From NCBI GenBank assembly GCA_009843865.1, contig VYCQ01000023.1, positions 64,320-128,319 on the forward strand: a stretch of DNA of 64,000 nt. Reading direction: 5' to 3'. Of this stretch, positions 54,988 through 64,000 are shown piece by piece. The number at the start of each line of letters is the position of its first letter. Positions within the stretch are counted from its first letter, which is position 1. The notes beneath the pieces are model-generated. The model was not told where the DNA came from, did not search any database, and saw only the letters and a program-made list of their open reading frames with translations. Source of the stretch: Acidimicrobiia bacterium (GTDB taxonomy: Bacteria > Actinomycetota > Acidimicrobiia > Acidimicrobiales > Bin134). Both the position numbers and the translations under genes were made by a program.

Positions 54988-55599
54988 TCACACAACTATG
55001 GTGAGAGTTGCTGGTTCTACTCGTAGTGAAATATTGCTGGCTTGACCCACGCTGATGCCGTCCAAGAACACCGGTGTGGGCTGTGCTAGCTCCACTTGCA
55101 TTGCGTTAGTACGCCGATAAGAGATGTCGGGATGTGGTAGGTGGTCGCCGGTACGCGCTCGTCTTCGGGCTTTCAACCGCTCGTTCACCGCCAGATTGCC
55201 AAGGGAGATGTCTAGCAAACCGTCGCCTGGGTGTGCCTTCGGCCCTAAGTTTAACTTGTTGAGCCAGGCGGCGTTCATGGCAACTAACACTTCACCGCTC
55301 CATGTTCCTCTTCGGGCCAGCAGATGAGAACAAAACCAGAAGAGCCGCCCATCTAGTAGCACTGCTCCTACATCTATTTTAAATCGCCAGGCTTTAGGTG
55401 AGTGGAGATTACGTTGTTGTGCGCCACCCCCGAGCGTGCGATACAGATCTCCTCCTAGTAAGCCCAATTCAGGCAGTGGCTGGTTTGCTCGTCGGGCCTT
55501 TTGAACTACTTCGTTAGCGGCAGCGTCGTTGTAAACGAGCACCCCGCTGGAAGCTAGCCCACCGGCCTCTCCCCAATCTTGCGCTCTATGTATCGGCAT
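54988..55599 (-). CDS. diacylglycerol-kinase-fold-like protein lacking the N-terminal GGDGT segment (putative)
   Basis: LGLLGGDLYRTLGG resembles the second DAGK_cat motif and HPGDGLLDISL resembles the accessory-domain motif. At 203 aa it is about 100 aa shorter than YegS/DagK proteins. Confidence 0.42.
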   Translation of the reverse strand: MPIHRAQDWGEAGGLASSGVLVYNDAAANEVVQKARRANQPLPELGLLGGDLYRTLGGGAQQRNLHSPKAWRFKIDVGAVLLDGRLFWFCSHLLARRGTWSGEVLVAMNAAWLNKLNLGPKAHPGDGLLDISLGNLAVNERLKARRRARTGDHLPHPDISYRRTNAMQVELAQPTPVFLDGISVGQASNISLRVEPATLTIVV

Positions 55600-56482
55600 C
55601 TAGCGCTAACTGGCGTTGCTCACTGCGCACCTGTAGCCAACCGATGAAGATAGCTATTTCATAGAAGATATACATGGGTACCGATAGCACTGCCAGGGTG
55701 AAGGGGTCGCCGCTAGGGGTGATAACAGCCACCAAAGCAACTATTCCCACGATGGCGAAGCGGCGGCTGTGGATGAGTTGGCGGTAGGTGATAATGCCTG
55801 CCATTTGCAAGAAGATCAACACAATAGGAAATTCAAAACCTATTCCGAAGGCCACCATCATCTTGATTACAAACGATAAGTACTTGGCTGGTGAAAAACC
55901 TGTCACCATGTCTTCTCCACCTATGTTGGCTAAAAAGCTCAGCGCACGGGGAATGCTCCAGTAAGCCAAACCCGCACCTAATAAGAACAACAAAGCCCCG
56001 ACTGCGGTGAAAGCCGTGGCTAACTTGCGTTCACGGCGAAACAAGCCCGGTTGCACAAAACGCCAGAGCTGCCAAAGCACCACCGGGATAGCTAGGGTCA
56101 ATCCTCCGTAACCAGCCACGGTTAACCGTACTGAGAAAGGCTCTAAGGGGTCCAGCACCAATAGCTCACAACCTCCAAATAGGTTTTGACGTTCGGCTTC
56201 TTCTGCCAATACCTTTGATGAGACAACCTCGCAGTAGGGATTCACCAAGAAGTCCAAGATTTGGGGATAGAAAATCCAGCAAGCTATAGCACTAACAAGC
56301 ACTGCTAAGGCGCATTTGATCAATCTAGCGCGCAGTTCTGCGAGATGATCCATCAAAGGCATGGTGCGGTTATCAGATTGGTTGCTGGCAGGTTTGTGGT
56401 CAGCATCTTTGTTCGAGGTCAAACCCTTTGAGGGTTTGCGAAACCTGCCAAAGCGTAAGCGGCTGAAGCTAGAGCCGCTCAC
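55586..56482 (-). CDS. tatC: twin-arginine translocase subunit TatC
   Basis: Six predicted TM segments with the N-terminal MPLMDHLAELRARL motif typical of TatC. Confidence 0.9.
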   Translation of the reverse strand: MSGSSFSRLRFGRFRKPSKGLTSNKDADHKPASNQSDNRTMPLMDHLAELRARLIKCALAVLVSAIACWIFYPQILDFLVNPYCEVVSSKVLAEEAERQNLFGGCELLVLDPLEPFSVRLTVAGYGGLTLAIPVVLWQLWRFVQPGLFRRERKLATAFTAVGALLFLLGAGLAYWSIPRALSFLANIGGEDMVTGFSPAKYLSFVIKMMVAFGIGFEFPIVLIFLQMAGIITYRQLIHSRRFAIVGIVALVAVITPSGDPFTLAVLSVPMYIFYEIAIFIGWLQVRSEQRQLALDADT

Positions 56483-56802
56483 GAGCTGTCGTTTGGCGGG
56501 GTGTTGCCATCTCGTTCTTTTGTGGTCGTGGTTGGTTCAGCTTGGCCTGCGATTGGTGTTGGCTTTGCTGATTGGGGTTGTTGGTTTTGGGCAACTGCTT
56601 CTGCGCCGCGTTGGCGGGCCTTAGCTTCTAAGGGTTCGTCTAAGGCATTTTGCAGCTCTTGGCGGAACCCTGTTGAGATCTTGCGGAACGCTCGAATCAT
56701 GCTGCCCAATTGCTGGGCTGCTTGGGGCAGCCTATCTGGGCCCAGCACCACTAGGGCTACCACTACAATCACTGTAATCTCAGGCCAACCGAGGTTACCC
56801 AC
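56479..56802 (-). CDS. tatA: twin-arginine translocase subunit TatA/E
   Basis: WPEITVIVVVALVVLGPDRLPQAAQQLG (TM plus hinge plus amphipathic helix). Coupled to tatC. Confidence 0.85.
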   Translation of the reverse strand: MGNLGWPEITVIVVVALVVLGPDRLPQAAQQLGSMIRAFRKISTGFRQELQNALDEPLEAKARQRGAEAVAQNQQPQSAKPTPIAGQAEPTTTTKERDGNTPPNDSS

Positions 56803-56837
56803 GGCTCAAAGGCTACAACCCTGTTTAGCTGCTGAGG

Positions 56838-57641
56838 TTGTCCAAGACAATCGCAACGGTCAAAGATACAGGGGTGAGCAAACAGCAGCGAACTCCTCGG
56901 ATTGAAGCTCTACGGCAACCACCTGTAGGTTTTGCCCATCGGGGAGCTAAGGCTCACGAGCGGGAGAACACTCTGGCCGCGTTTTCAAGAGCATTGGAAA
57001 TGGGTGCCACCGGGTTAGAAAGTGATGCTTGGGTAACGGTTGATGGTCAGGCCGTGCTTGACCACGATGGATGGGTAAAAGGCAGCCGTTGGTCTCGTCG
57101 TCGTTCGTTAGCCAAATGTTGTCGCGCGGAACTACCCGAGCACATTCCTACCTTAGATGATTTGTTTACAGCTTGCGGGCAAGACTTTGAACTTGCCTTA
57201 GATCTTAAAGATCCAAAGGCAGCACAGGCAGTGATGCAAAGCGTAGATAAAGCTGCCAACCGTCTGGGCTCATCGTTGCGCCAAAGGGTTTGGTTGTGCC
57301 ATCCCGACTTAGCAACGCTGCGATCTTTACGAACCTTTTGGCCCGATGTGCGCTTGTGCCATTCCACTCGTCTGAGCCGCATGGATAAAGGCTCAGAACG
57401 CCATGCTGCCGAGCTCGCAGAAGCTGGTGTTGAGTCCGTGAACCTGCACCAATCCGACTGGACCGGAGGTTTGGTTACTTTGTTTCATCGGTTTAGGTTG
57501 TTTTGTTTTGGTTGGGACGCTCAACAACCTAGAGTTCTCAACGAGCTGTTGAACTTGGGTATTGATGGGGTGTTCAGCGACCATACTGATCGCATGATGG
57601 ATGCCATAACAACCTGCTATCGCAGCAGCCATGTATCATGA
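56838..57641 (+). CDS. glycerophosphodiester phosphodiesterase family protein
   Basis: GFAHRGAKAHERENTLAAF (the HRG...EN(T/S) GDPD motif). Confidence 0.8.
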   Translation: MSKTIATVKDTGVSKQQRTPRIEALRQPPVGFAHRGAKAHERENTLAAFSRALEMGATGLESDAWVTVDGQAVLDHDGWVKGSRWSRRRSLAKCCRAELPEHIPTLDDLFTACGQDFELALDLKDPKAAQAVMQSVDKAANRLGSSLRQRVWLCHPDLATLRSLRTFWPDVRLCHSTRLSRMDKGSERHAAELAEAGVESVNLHQSDWTGGLVTLFHRFRLFCFGWDAQQPRVLNELLNLGIDGVFSDHTDRMMDAITTCYRSSHVS

Positions 57642-58444
57642 TCGAGATGAGCCAGGCCATCACATTTCAGGGTGTAACCGCAGGTTATAGGCGAGGCCAA
57701 GAAGCTCTTAACAATATCACCTGTGAGTTTAAGCCAGGCACCTCTACGGCCTTAATGGGGCCTAACGGTTCTGGCAAGACCACCCTTTTGTGTGTTTTGT
57801 GTGGGCTGCACCAACCTTGGCAAGGCACCATTAACCCGCAACCAGGCAGCCACACCGCAGCCCTAGTTTCTCAACAACATCGTCACCGCGTTTGGTTGCC
57901 GGTAACGGTTATCAACGTGTTGCGCATGTCTCGTTACCGTACTCGTGGCCTCATCAAACCATTGAACTCCACAGATATGAGCACAGTGCATGATGCTGCT
58001 CAGTGTTTGAAGGTGATGGATTTGTTGGGACGGCAATTTGGGGAGCTTTCTGGAGGTCAGCGCCAGCGAGTTTTGGTGGCCCAAGCTCTTGCCCAAGATG
58101 CGGATGTGCTGCTTTTGGATGAACCTATTACAGGTCTAGACCTACCCAGCCAAGAAATCATCTTGGAGGTCATCGAGAAGGAACGCAACCAAGGTCGAAT
58201 CGTGGTGATGTCCACTCATCATCTAGATGAAGCCGAGGTGTGTGATCGGGTGCTGTTGCTAGCAAACCGCTTGGTGGCTCAAGGCACACCGTGTGAGGTG
58301 TTGAGCAAAGCTAATCTGAGAGCGGCCTTCGGGATTAGGGCAATTTTAGGTGCCCCAGAAGATTGCGCCCTTCATGACACCAGCGAATCTAGCCAACTTC
58401 CGGCATTTTTTGATGCTCATCGATCCGAAAGTAGCTACCAGTAA
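57638..58444 (+). CDS. ABC transporter ATP-binding protein (metal/ZnuC-like)
   Basis: Walker A GPNGSGKTT, signature LSGGQRQR and Walker B LLLDEP. No permease or binding-protein gene is adjacent. Confidence 0.85.
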   Translation: MIEMSQAITFQGVTAGYRRGQEALNNITCEFKPGTSTALMGPNGSGKTTLLCVLCGLHQPWQGTINPQPGSHTAALVSQQHRHRVWLPVTVINVLRMSRYRTRGLIKPLNSTDMSTVHDAAQCLKVMDLLGRQFGELSGGQRQRVLVAQALAQDADVLLLDEPITGLDLPSQEIILEVIEKERNQGRIVVMSTHHLDEAEVCDRVLLLANRLVAQGTPCEVLSKANLRAAFGIRAILGAPEDCALHDTSESSQLPAFFDAHRSESSYQ

Positions 58445-58474
58445 CCAATATTGCTTTGGCGGGGCTTTGTTGCT

Positions 58475-59077
58475 TTAAATGCGTCCCAGTTCGTTAACCG
58501 GCCACAGCCTAATAATGGCTTGACCTACGATCAGATCTTCAGAGATAGGGCCAAAAGCTCTGCTGTCAGTGGAGTTGGTGCGGTTATCCCCCATCACAAA
58601 CACCTCTTCAGTACCTATTAAACAACCTTCTTGTTCAGCTGCTGTTCGGCAGGCTAGCTCTAGAGTGCCTGTGGTGATACCCGAGGTTGTTAGGTAAGGC
58701 TCATGCAGCCGCCGATCGTTGATGTAGACATCCCCATCTATTAGCTTGATGACCTCACCGGGCAAGGCGATGACGCGTTTGATGAGATCATCGTTTGGAT
58801 GTCCGCTGACACCGTTAGGACGCTCAAAAACTATTAAATCACCCCTGCTGAGGTTGTTGTGATGTTTGAGCACCAGCACTCTGTCTCCATTTTGCAAGGT
58901 TGGTTCCATTGAAGTGAAGCGAATGTAGTAGGCCTGAAACAGCACCGACCTTAATATCAGCGCTAGCATCAGGGCCGCAGTTAGTACTGTCATCCATTCC
59001 ACGATGACTCGCATGGTGGTCTTGGGTTGGTCTGCCTCTACCTCTTGATTTGATTCCTCGCTCGCTAAGTTGTTCAT
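58475..59077 (-). CDS. lepB: signal peptidase I
   Basis: Catalytic Ser box SMEPTL, GDRVLV, Lys box KRVIALPGE and GDNRTNSTDSR. Confidence 0.9.
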   Translation of the reverse strand: MNNLASEESNQEVEADQPKTTMRVIVEWMTVLTAALMLALILRSVLFQAYYIRFTSMEPTLQNGDRVLVLKHHNNLSRGDLIVFERPNGVSGHPNDDLIKRVIALPGEVIKLIDGDVYINDRRLHEPYLTTSGITTGTLELACRTAAEQEGCLIGTEEVFVMGDNRTNSTDSRAFGPISEDLIVGQAIIRLWPVNELGRI

Positions 59078-59087
59078 GATCTGACAG

Positions 59088-60098
59088 CTAGAGGTATTTG
59101 CGCAGCACCCGTTGAGCCGCTTTTTTGGGTAGATCCATCCGCAAGGCCCCCTCCACGCTTTGAAGCACTGCGTGTGTTCCTAGCTGCAACAGCAACACCT
59201 CTAGGCGCCTCACCTCAGAAACTGGCATTGTGAGCTGAATGTTGCCGTCGGAGTGCTGTTCATAGTGTTCAACAGGATATTTTTCAAGCACCCATGCGGC
59301 TTCGGGTGCTAGCTCTAGCACCACTCTTGGGTCCTCATCACGGGGTTGAAAAGCTGACGGAGGGTTGGTTTGGTCGGGTGGATCAAATCGCTCTGTCGTT
59401 ATGTGCAATTTCTTGATGCGATCAATCAAAAACACCCGAATCCCGTCAGCCCACTCGCAATGAGCACGGACATATAGGTTGCCCGTTTCTGAAAAGACGC
59501 GATGCGGTTGGATAATCCGATCAGTAATTTGGCCCCGACCATAGCTGAAGTATCTGATCTGTACCTTCAGGTGGTTTTGCACAGCTCTTAGCAAGGTTTG
59601 TATCCACTCTTGAGGGGCATCTCCTAAGTTCACTTTTAGATCCTCATCGCCGCTCATCTTCAGACCCGAAGCGAGCTTATCTAGTCCACGCGTTAGTGGG
59701 CTATCGCTATGTGTATCGGTTAGTAGCGCTTTGGCTGCTCCGATCAAGCTCAATGCTTGTGCAGGGGTTAGGCGTAGTGGTCTGGAGAAATACTCAGCGT
59801 TGCTGATGGCAATCCGGTCTACCTTAGCTTTCTGATGATTAGCCGATTGGATGTCGACGTTCTGGGTTTTATCGTTGTCATCGGAGGTATCTAGCTCGAT
59901 CACGTTTATCAGCTGATCGGGAGTGAATGGGTAAAGCCCTACCATAAACAGCACTCTTGAGAGGTCTTCGCGCAGCTCATCTGATGGGTAGTCGAATCGT
60001 CGTGCGATTTCATCAATTTCAGCGCCGCCTTGAGACATCACCCAAGGCACAAGTTCTAGCATCCTACCTAAGCGATCGCGCGCGCTTAACCTGCTCAT
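59088..60098 (-). CDS. pafC: proteasome accessory factor C (HTH/WYL-type regulator)
   Basis: Third gene of pafA-pafB-pafC with a WYL-like core (GNLYVRAHCEW). ATG 60098 overlaps the pafB stop (ATGA). Confidence 0.75.
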   Translation of the reverse strand: MSRLSARDRLGRMLELVPWVMSQGGAEIDEIARRFDYPSDELREDLSRVLFMVGLYPFTPDQLINVIELDTSDDNDKTQNVDIQSANHQKAKVDRIAISNAEYFSRPLRLTPAQALSLIGAAKALLTDTHSDSPLTRGLDKLASGLKMSGDEDLKVNLGDAPQEWIQTLLRAVQNHLKVQIRYFSYGRGQITDRIIQPHRVFSETGNLYVRAHCEWADGIRVFLIDRIKKLHITTERFDPPDQTNPPSAFQPRDEDPRVVLELAPEAAWVLEKYPVEHYEQHSDGNIQLTMPVSEVRRLEVLLLQLGTHAVLQSVEGALRMDLPKKAAQRVLRKYL

Positions 60099-61060
60099 TT
60101 GTTGATCTTCTCCAACCATCTTACAAAGTCGGTTCGTAGCTTGAGGGGTTTTAAAATTTCAGCCTGCTCCAAGAACTCCAGCACGACGGAGCGAAAAGCA
60201 TTCACATTGTTAACCTGCACCGTAAACACGGCTGATCCGTCGTCCTTTATGATTTCTGGTTCTTGACCAAGACGGCGGCTAGCCAATGAAACTTGCTCAG
60301 CATCCACCCATAGCTGAGCTGTTATTTCTGGCTGGTTTCCTAACCTCCATGGCTGAATGGATACCCATCTGGGAGCATCGGCAGGCTGTTTAAATCCGTT
60401 GGGCCTCCCCAGTTCTACTTGGCCGACCATTCGATCTACCCGGAATGTGCGCTTGTCCTGACGAGTGTGGTCAAACCCCATTAAGTACCAATGGCCCTGA
60501 TCAAAGGCTAATGTCCAGGGTTCCACTGAACGAGGCTGGCCTGAGTAGTCGAAACTTACCGTACGCTGTTCGGTGATTGCCCTGAACAGGTCAGCTAAGC
60601 AAGGGTACATGGGCACCGCAGCTAACTCGGTGTCGGTGCCCTCGCCTACCTGACCCCCTAACTTCCAAAGCGCTTCGGCACCTGATATCCCATGAAAGCG
60701 TACTGCGGTTGTGGCACGGTGTAGAGCAGCTAGCTCATCAGATGCAATGTCCATCTCTGGTAAGGAGTAGTCCTGCTTACGAATGCGATAACCCCAAGTG
60801 TCTTTTTCTGATACCTTTGCTCGCCCGCGTATTACAGGCACTCCTAATGCAGTTAGCTCGTTCATGTCACGATGAAAGGCCCGTCGCGCCGCTGTTAAAT
60901 CTGAGGGGTAGCCAGCCTCCCCCTGTCCTTTTGCCAAACCCACTTTGGTTTGCAACTCCTCGATGGACAAAAAACGCGGCGCGTTTATCAACGCTGCAAT
61001 CAGACGTAGCAGACGCTCTAGACGGACTTGTTCTGGCTTGAGCTTTGAGTGGATGATCAT
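60095..61060 (-). CDS. pafB: proteasome accessory factor B (HTH/WYL-type regulator)
   Basis: N-terminal wHTH and a literal WYL motif (GHWYLMGFDH). Sits directly downstream of pafA. Confidence 0.78.
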   Translation of the reverse strand: MIIHSKLKPEQVRLERLLRLIAALINAPRFLSIEELQTKVGLAKGQGEAGYPSDLTAARRAFHRDMNELTALGVPVIRGRAKVSEKDTWGYRIRKQDYSLPEMDIASDELAALHRATTAVRFHGISGAEALWKLGGQVGEGTDTELAAVPMYPCLADLFRAITEQRTVSFDYSGQPRSVEPWTLAFDQGHWYLMGFDHTRQDKRTFRVDRMVGQVELGRPNGFKQPADAPRWVSIQPWRLGNQPEITAQLWVDAEQVSLASRRLGQEPEIIKDDGSAVFTVQVNNVNAFRSVVLEFLEQAEILKPLKLRTDFVRWLEKINK

Positions 61061-61086
61061 AGACGCGTCTTGCCTGAGCTAGCTTT

Positions 61087-62445
61087 TCAAAGAGTTTCTA
61101 TAAGTTTTTCGACCCGTTCGTCGTAGGCTCGAAACGGATCCTTGCATAGCACAGTTCGTTGGGCTTGATCGTTTAATTTTAAATGCACCCAGTCTACGGT
61201 GTAATCACGCTTGCGTTCTTTAGCTCTTTTAATGAACTCGCCGCGTAGACGAGCTCGTGTGGTGGCCGGAGGATTTGTTACCGCATGGTGAATGTCATCA
61301 TCGAGACACATACGTTCAGCCATTCCACGATCTTGCATTAAGTAATACAAACTACGTGACTGGTTTACATCATGATATTGCAAGTCAACTAATGCTACGC
61401 GTGCATCGTTCAAGGTGAGATTATGGCGCTTGCGATAAGCTTCAATCACCTGATATTTCATCACCCAGTCGCATTCCCGATTTAAGGTGAGAGGGTTTTT
61501 AGCGATCTGAGTGAGACAGTGCTCCCACATTTGCAGTGCCTGCTTTTCTTGGGTGTCGAGTTCTCTGCTGTCGGCATAGTTTAGGGCTCGGTTAAGGTAT
61601 TCAGCCTGAATGTCCCAGGCACGAGCTTCGCGGCCACTGGCCAAACGAACGCGGCGCTGACAGGTGGGATCTTGGCTAATCTCGCGAATAGCACGTATCG
61701 GGTTGTCTAGGGTCATGTCTCGCAATGCCACAGAGGGGTCTTCCAGCATTCTTAACAAGATGGCGGTAGCGCCCACCTTCAAAAAGGTGGTGTATTCGCT
61801 CATATTGGAATCCCCGACAATCACATGTAAGCGTCGATAGCGCTCCGCGTCGGCGTGTGGTTCGTCGCGGGTGTTGATGATTGGACGAGATCGTGTAGTA
61901 GCGCTTGAAAGACCTTCCCAAATGTGTTCAGCTCGCTGGCTTAGGCAGAAGGTGGCCCCTCGTGTGGTTTGCAGGACCTTGCCCGCACCGGCATAGATTT
62001 GACGGCTAACCAAAAATGGGATCAAGACCGAGGCGTATTCCGCAACACTATCTTGTCGCCTAGTGAGGTAGTTCTCGTGACAACCGTAGCTGTTGCCTGC
62101 TGAATCGGTGTTGTTCTTGTAAAGAAATATGTCTCCTTGAATACCTTCTTCGCGCAGACGGTGTTCTGCTCCATTGACTAGGGTTTCTAGGATCTTCTCC
62201 CCTGCCTTGTTGTGAGCCACTAAGTCATACATTGAGTCGCATTCTGGTGTGGCGTATTCGGGATGAGAGCCAACGTCTAAGTAGAGGCGCGCACCGTTAG
62301 TTAAAAACACGTTGCTGCTGCGTCCCCAGGACACCACTCGCCTAAATAGGTAGCGGGCCACCTCGTCAGGGCTAAGACGGCGATGCCCGCGCAGCGCGCA
62401 AGTTACGCCGTATTCATTCTCAATGCCAAAGATGCGCTTATCCAC
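61087..62445 (-). CDS. pafA: Pup--protein ligase
   Basis: N-terminus IFGIENEYG and a full-length PafA/Dop-family sequence of 452 aa. PafA is chosen over Dop because of its position after prcBA and before pafBC. Confidence 0.9.
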   Translation of the reverse strand: MDKRIFGIENEYGVTCALRGHRRLSPDEVARYLFRRVVSWGRSSNVFLTNGARLYLDVGSHPEYATPECDSMYDLVAHNKAGEKILETLVNGAEHRLREEGIQGDIFLYKNNTDSAGNSYGCHENYLTRRQDSVAEYASVLIPFLVSRQIYAGAGKVLQTTRGATFCLSQRAEHIWEGLSSATTRSRPIINTRDEPHADAERYRRLHVIVGDSNMSEYTTFLKVGATAILLRMLEDPSVALRDMTLDNPIRAIREISQDPTCQRRVRLASGREARAWDIQAEYLNRALNYADSRELDTQEKQALQMWEHCLTQIAKNPLTLNRECDWVMKYQVIEAYRKRHNLTLNDARVALVDLQYHDVNQSRSLYYLMQDRGMAERMCLDDDIHHAVTNPPATTRARLRGEFIKRAKERKRDYTVDWVHLKLNDQAQRTVLCKDPFRAYDERVEKLIETL

Positions 62446-63142
62446 GCAGGTAGGTGGCTAGCTCGTCGCCTTCGATTCTTTGGAAGGCCCGTCCCGTATG
62501 ATTTCTAGCTAGCAAGGCCACTTCAAGATCGGCTACACCCGACACCGCCATACTGTTTTCGTGAGCATCTTTTTCGTGATGTGACAATGCTTCTGCGGCT
62601 GCTTTAAGGGCATCGGATAGTTGCCAGTCTTGTTCGTAGGTTTGATCAAGCTTTTCGGCAACTGAATTGGCAGCTCCACCTAGCACGGTGAAGCCAGACT
62701 CGTCGTTAATCGTTCCATCATAGAGTACGTGAAACATTTGATCCTCAGCAGAGTTGGTAGCCACCTCCGCTATCAGGATCTCCACCTCCATGGGCTTTAA
62801 CTCGTGGGTGAAGGTTTGCCCCAAGAGCTGTGCATATTGGTTAGCCAAGCTGCGAGCGTCTACATCTTCTCGGCTATAGGTATAACCCTTCAGGTCGGCG
62901 TGGCGTACTCCCGCAATGCGCAGCTGATCAAACTCGTTGTAGCGCCCGACTCCAGCAAAGGCTACCCGATCGTAGATTTCGCTTATCTTTCGCAAGGTTC
63001 TGGAGTGATTCTCCGCACAGAGCAAGACACCGTCTTGGATACTTAACGCAGCTAGGGCTCGCCCGCGTGAGATGCCTTTACGGGCGAAATCTGCACGGTC
63101 TTTCATCATCTGCTCGGGAGCCACATAAAACGGCATGCTCAT
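62438..63142 (-). CDS. prcA: 20S proteasome alpha subunit
   Basis: [24 protein letters not shown] is a typical actinobacterial PrcA N-terminus. Confidence 0.9.
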   Translation of the reverse strand: MSMPFYVAPEQMMKDRADFARKGISRGRALAALSIQDGVLLCAENHSRTLRKISEIYDRVAFAGVGRYNEFDQLRIAGVRHADLKGYTYSREDVDARSLANQYAQLLGQTFTHELKPMEVEILIAEVATNSAEDQMFHVLYDGTINDESGFTVLGGAANSVAEKLDQTYEQDWQLSDALKAAAEALSHHEKDAHENSMAVSGVADLEVALLARNHTGRAFQRIEGDELATYLRG

Positions 63143-63182
63143 CGCAGGCTCCCTTGAAGTTGATTAGCTGAGGATATGGCCG

Positions 63183-63983
63183 TCACCTTGTGTTGGCCTG
63201 TTCGTTGTTTAAGCTGACCAGCAAATCACGAAAGCGATGTTCTACTTCTGTGTCTTCAACACGTTGGAAGCCATCAACGCTCAGCACTGCCACAACCGGA
63301 TAAATCCCACGCACCAAGTCAGGACCACCAGTGGCGGCATCTTCTTCGGCGGTGCGATACAGGGCTGACACTGCTAGATCTATCATCGTGTCGGTGCTGG
63401 CATTGGGTTGATAGCCCAGCTTGATCACGGTTCCTGCATGCAAGCTGCCAGAGCCCATGACCGCATACTCTCGCTCTTCATAGCGTCCACCGGTAACATC
63501 GTATTGAAACAGTCGTCCTACATCGCGTGTTGTATCGTAACCAGCAAACAAGGGCACTACAGCAAAACCTTGGAGAGCTGCTGGCAAGTTGTTACGTACC
63601 ATCATGCCTAGCTGATTGGCCTTACCGTCTAAGCTCAGGGCCTTACCCTCAACTTTTTCGTAGTGTTCAAGCTGTAGTTGAAATAGCCGTACCATCTCCA
63701 TGGCAGGTCCAGCAGCACCAGCTATTGCTACACCGCTGTGACGATCGGCTGGAAACACTTTTTCGATAGAGCGATGGCTTATCAGGTTTCCCGCTGTTGC
63801 GCGCCTGTCACCAGCCATCACAACTCCTTCGGAGCAGCGAATGGCCACCACCGTCGTGGCATGAACAATGTTTAGCTGGTCGGTAGGAGATGCGGGCACT
63901 GGCGGTGTTAACCCAGCCACACTAAGCAAAGCGGCAAAGTTTGGGCCCGGATCACCCCCGGCTTCAAAAAGGGGCAATGTCAC
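63183..63983 (-). CDS. prcB: 20S proteasome beta subunit (with propeptide)
   Basis: A 42-aa propeptide followed by the catalytic Thr in HA/TTVVAI. Confidence 0.9.
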   Translation of the reverse strand: MTLPLFEAGGDPGPNFAALLSVAGLTPPVPASPTDQLNIVHATTVVAIRCSEGVVMAGDRRATAGNLISHRSIEKVFPADRHSGVAIAGAAGPAMEMVRLFQLQLEHYEKVEGKALSLDGKANQLGMMVRNNLPAALQGFAVVPLFAGYDTTRDVGRLFQYDVTGGRYEEREYAVMGSGSLHAGTVIKLGYQPNASTDTMIDLAVSALYRTAEEDAATGGPDLVRGIYPVVAVLSVDGFQRVEDTEVEHRFRDLLVSLNNEQANTR

Positions 63984-64000
63984 TGCTACCAGAATACTCC

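Noticed and set aside
63984-64000. The possible 3' end of pup upstream of prcB.
   Set aside because: Only 17 nt are visible. The frame that stops at 63986-63988 ends ...GVFW, not the canonical GGQ/GGE Pup C-terminus. This cannot be evaluated without sequence beyond the window.
1-64000. CRISPR arrays, rRNA genes, IS elements or transposases, and prophage structural genes.
   Set aside because: I saw no regularly spaced repeats, no rRNA-like conserved stretches, and no DDE/serine/tyrosine recombinase motifs in any of the supplied ORF translations.

Overview
This is a gene-dense, mid-GC chromosomal window that looks actinobacterial. Supporting markers are the Pup-proteasome operon (prcB-prcA-pafA-pafB-pafC), murT-gatD, gap-pgk-tpiA-secG, katG and tatA-tatC. 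A class-level guess of an Acidimicrobiia-like lineage is inference only. About 85% of the window is housekeeping: greA, leuB-ilvE-cimA, gltX, trpS, scpAB, an aromatic amino-acid block (aroH-tyrA-aroA-cmk-plsC), ispH, der, nadA, uvrC-rapZ, glycolysis genes, a thyX-like gene, lepB, and two tRNAs (Pro-GGG, Leu-GAG). Many neighbouring genes share ATGA/GTGA overlaps, and two convergent pairs share overlapping stop codons. I saw no rRNA, CRISPR array, transposase or integrase. The one clearly accessory block lies at about 40.2-49.3 kb. It starts with a secreted SLT-type lytic transglycosylase and a metallophosphoesterase. Then comes an AT-rich promoter-like spacer, followed by a tightly coupled Tad/Flp-like (type IVc filament) locus. 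That locus holds two unrecognisable Cys/Trp-rich exported proteins, a SAF/CpaB-like protein, a long TadA/CpaF ATPase, two T2SS-F platform proteins, a leaderless atypical pilin-like ORF and three TadE/Rv3654c-like proteins. It has no TadZ/ParA-like gene, no prepilin peptidase and no canonical Flp motif. This is my best candidate for a divergent or undescribed filament system. Secondary curiosities are a membrane-anchored protein plus coupled partner at 7.1-8.1 kb (possible degenerate Endo VII/HNH-toxin-like module) and a fused two-domain ThyX-like protein with complementary motif degeneration. All functional calls rest on motif recognition by eye from the supplied translations; no database search was run.
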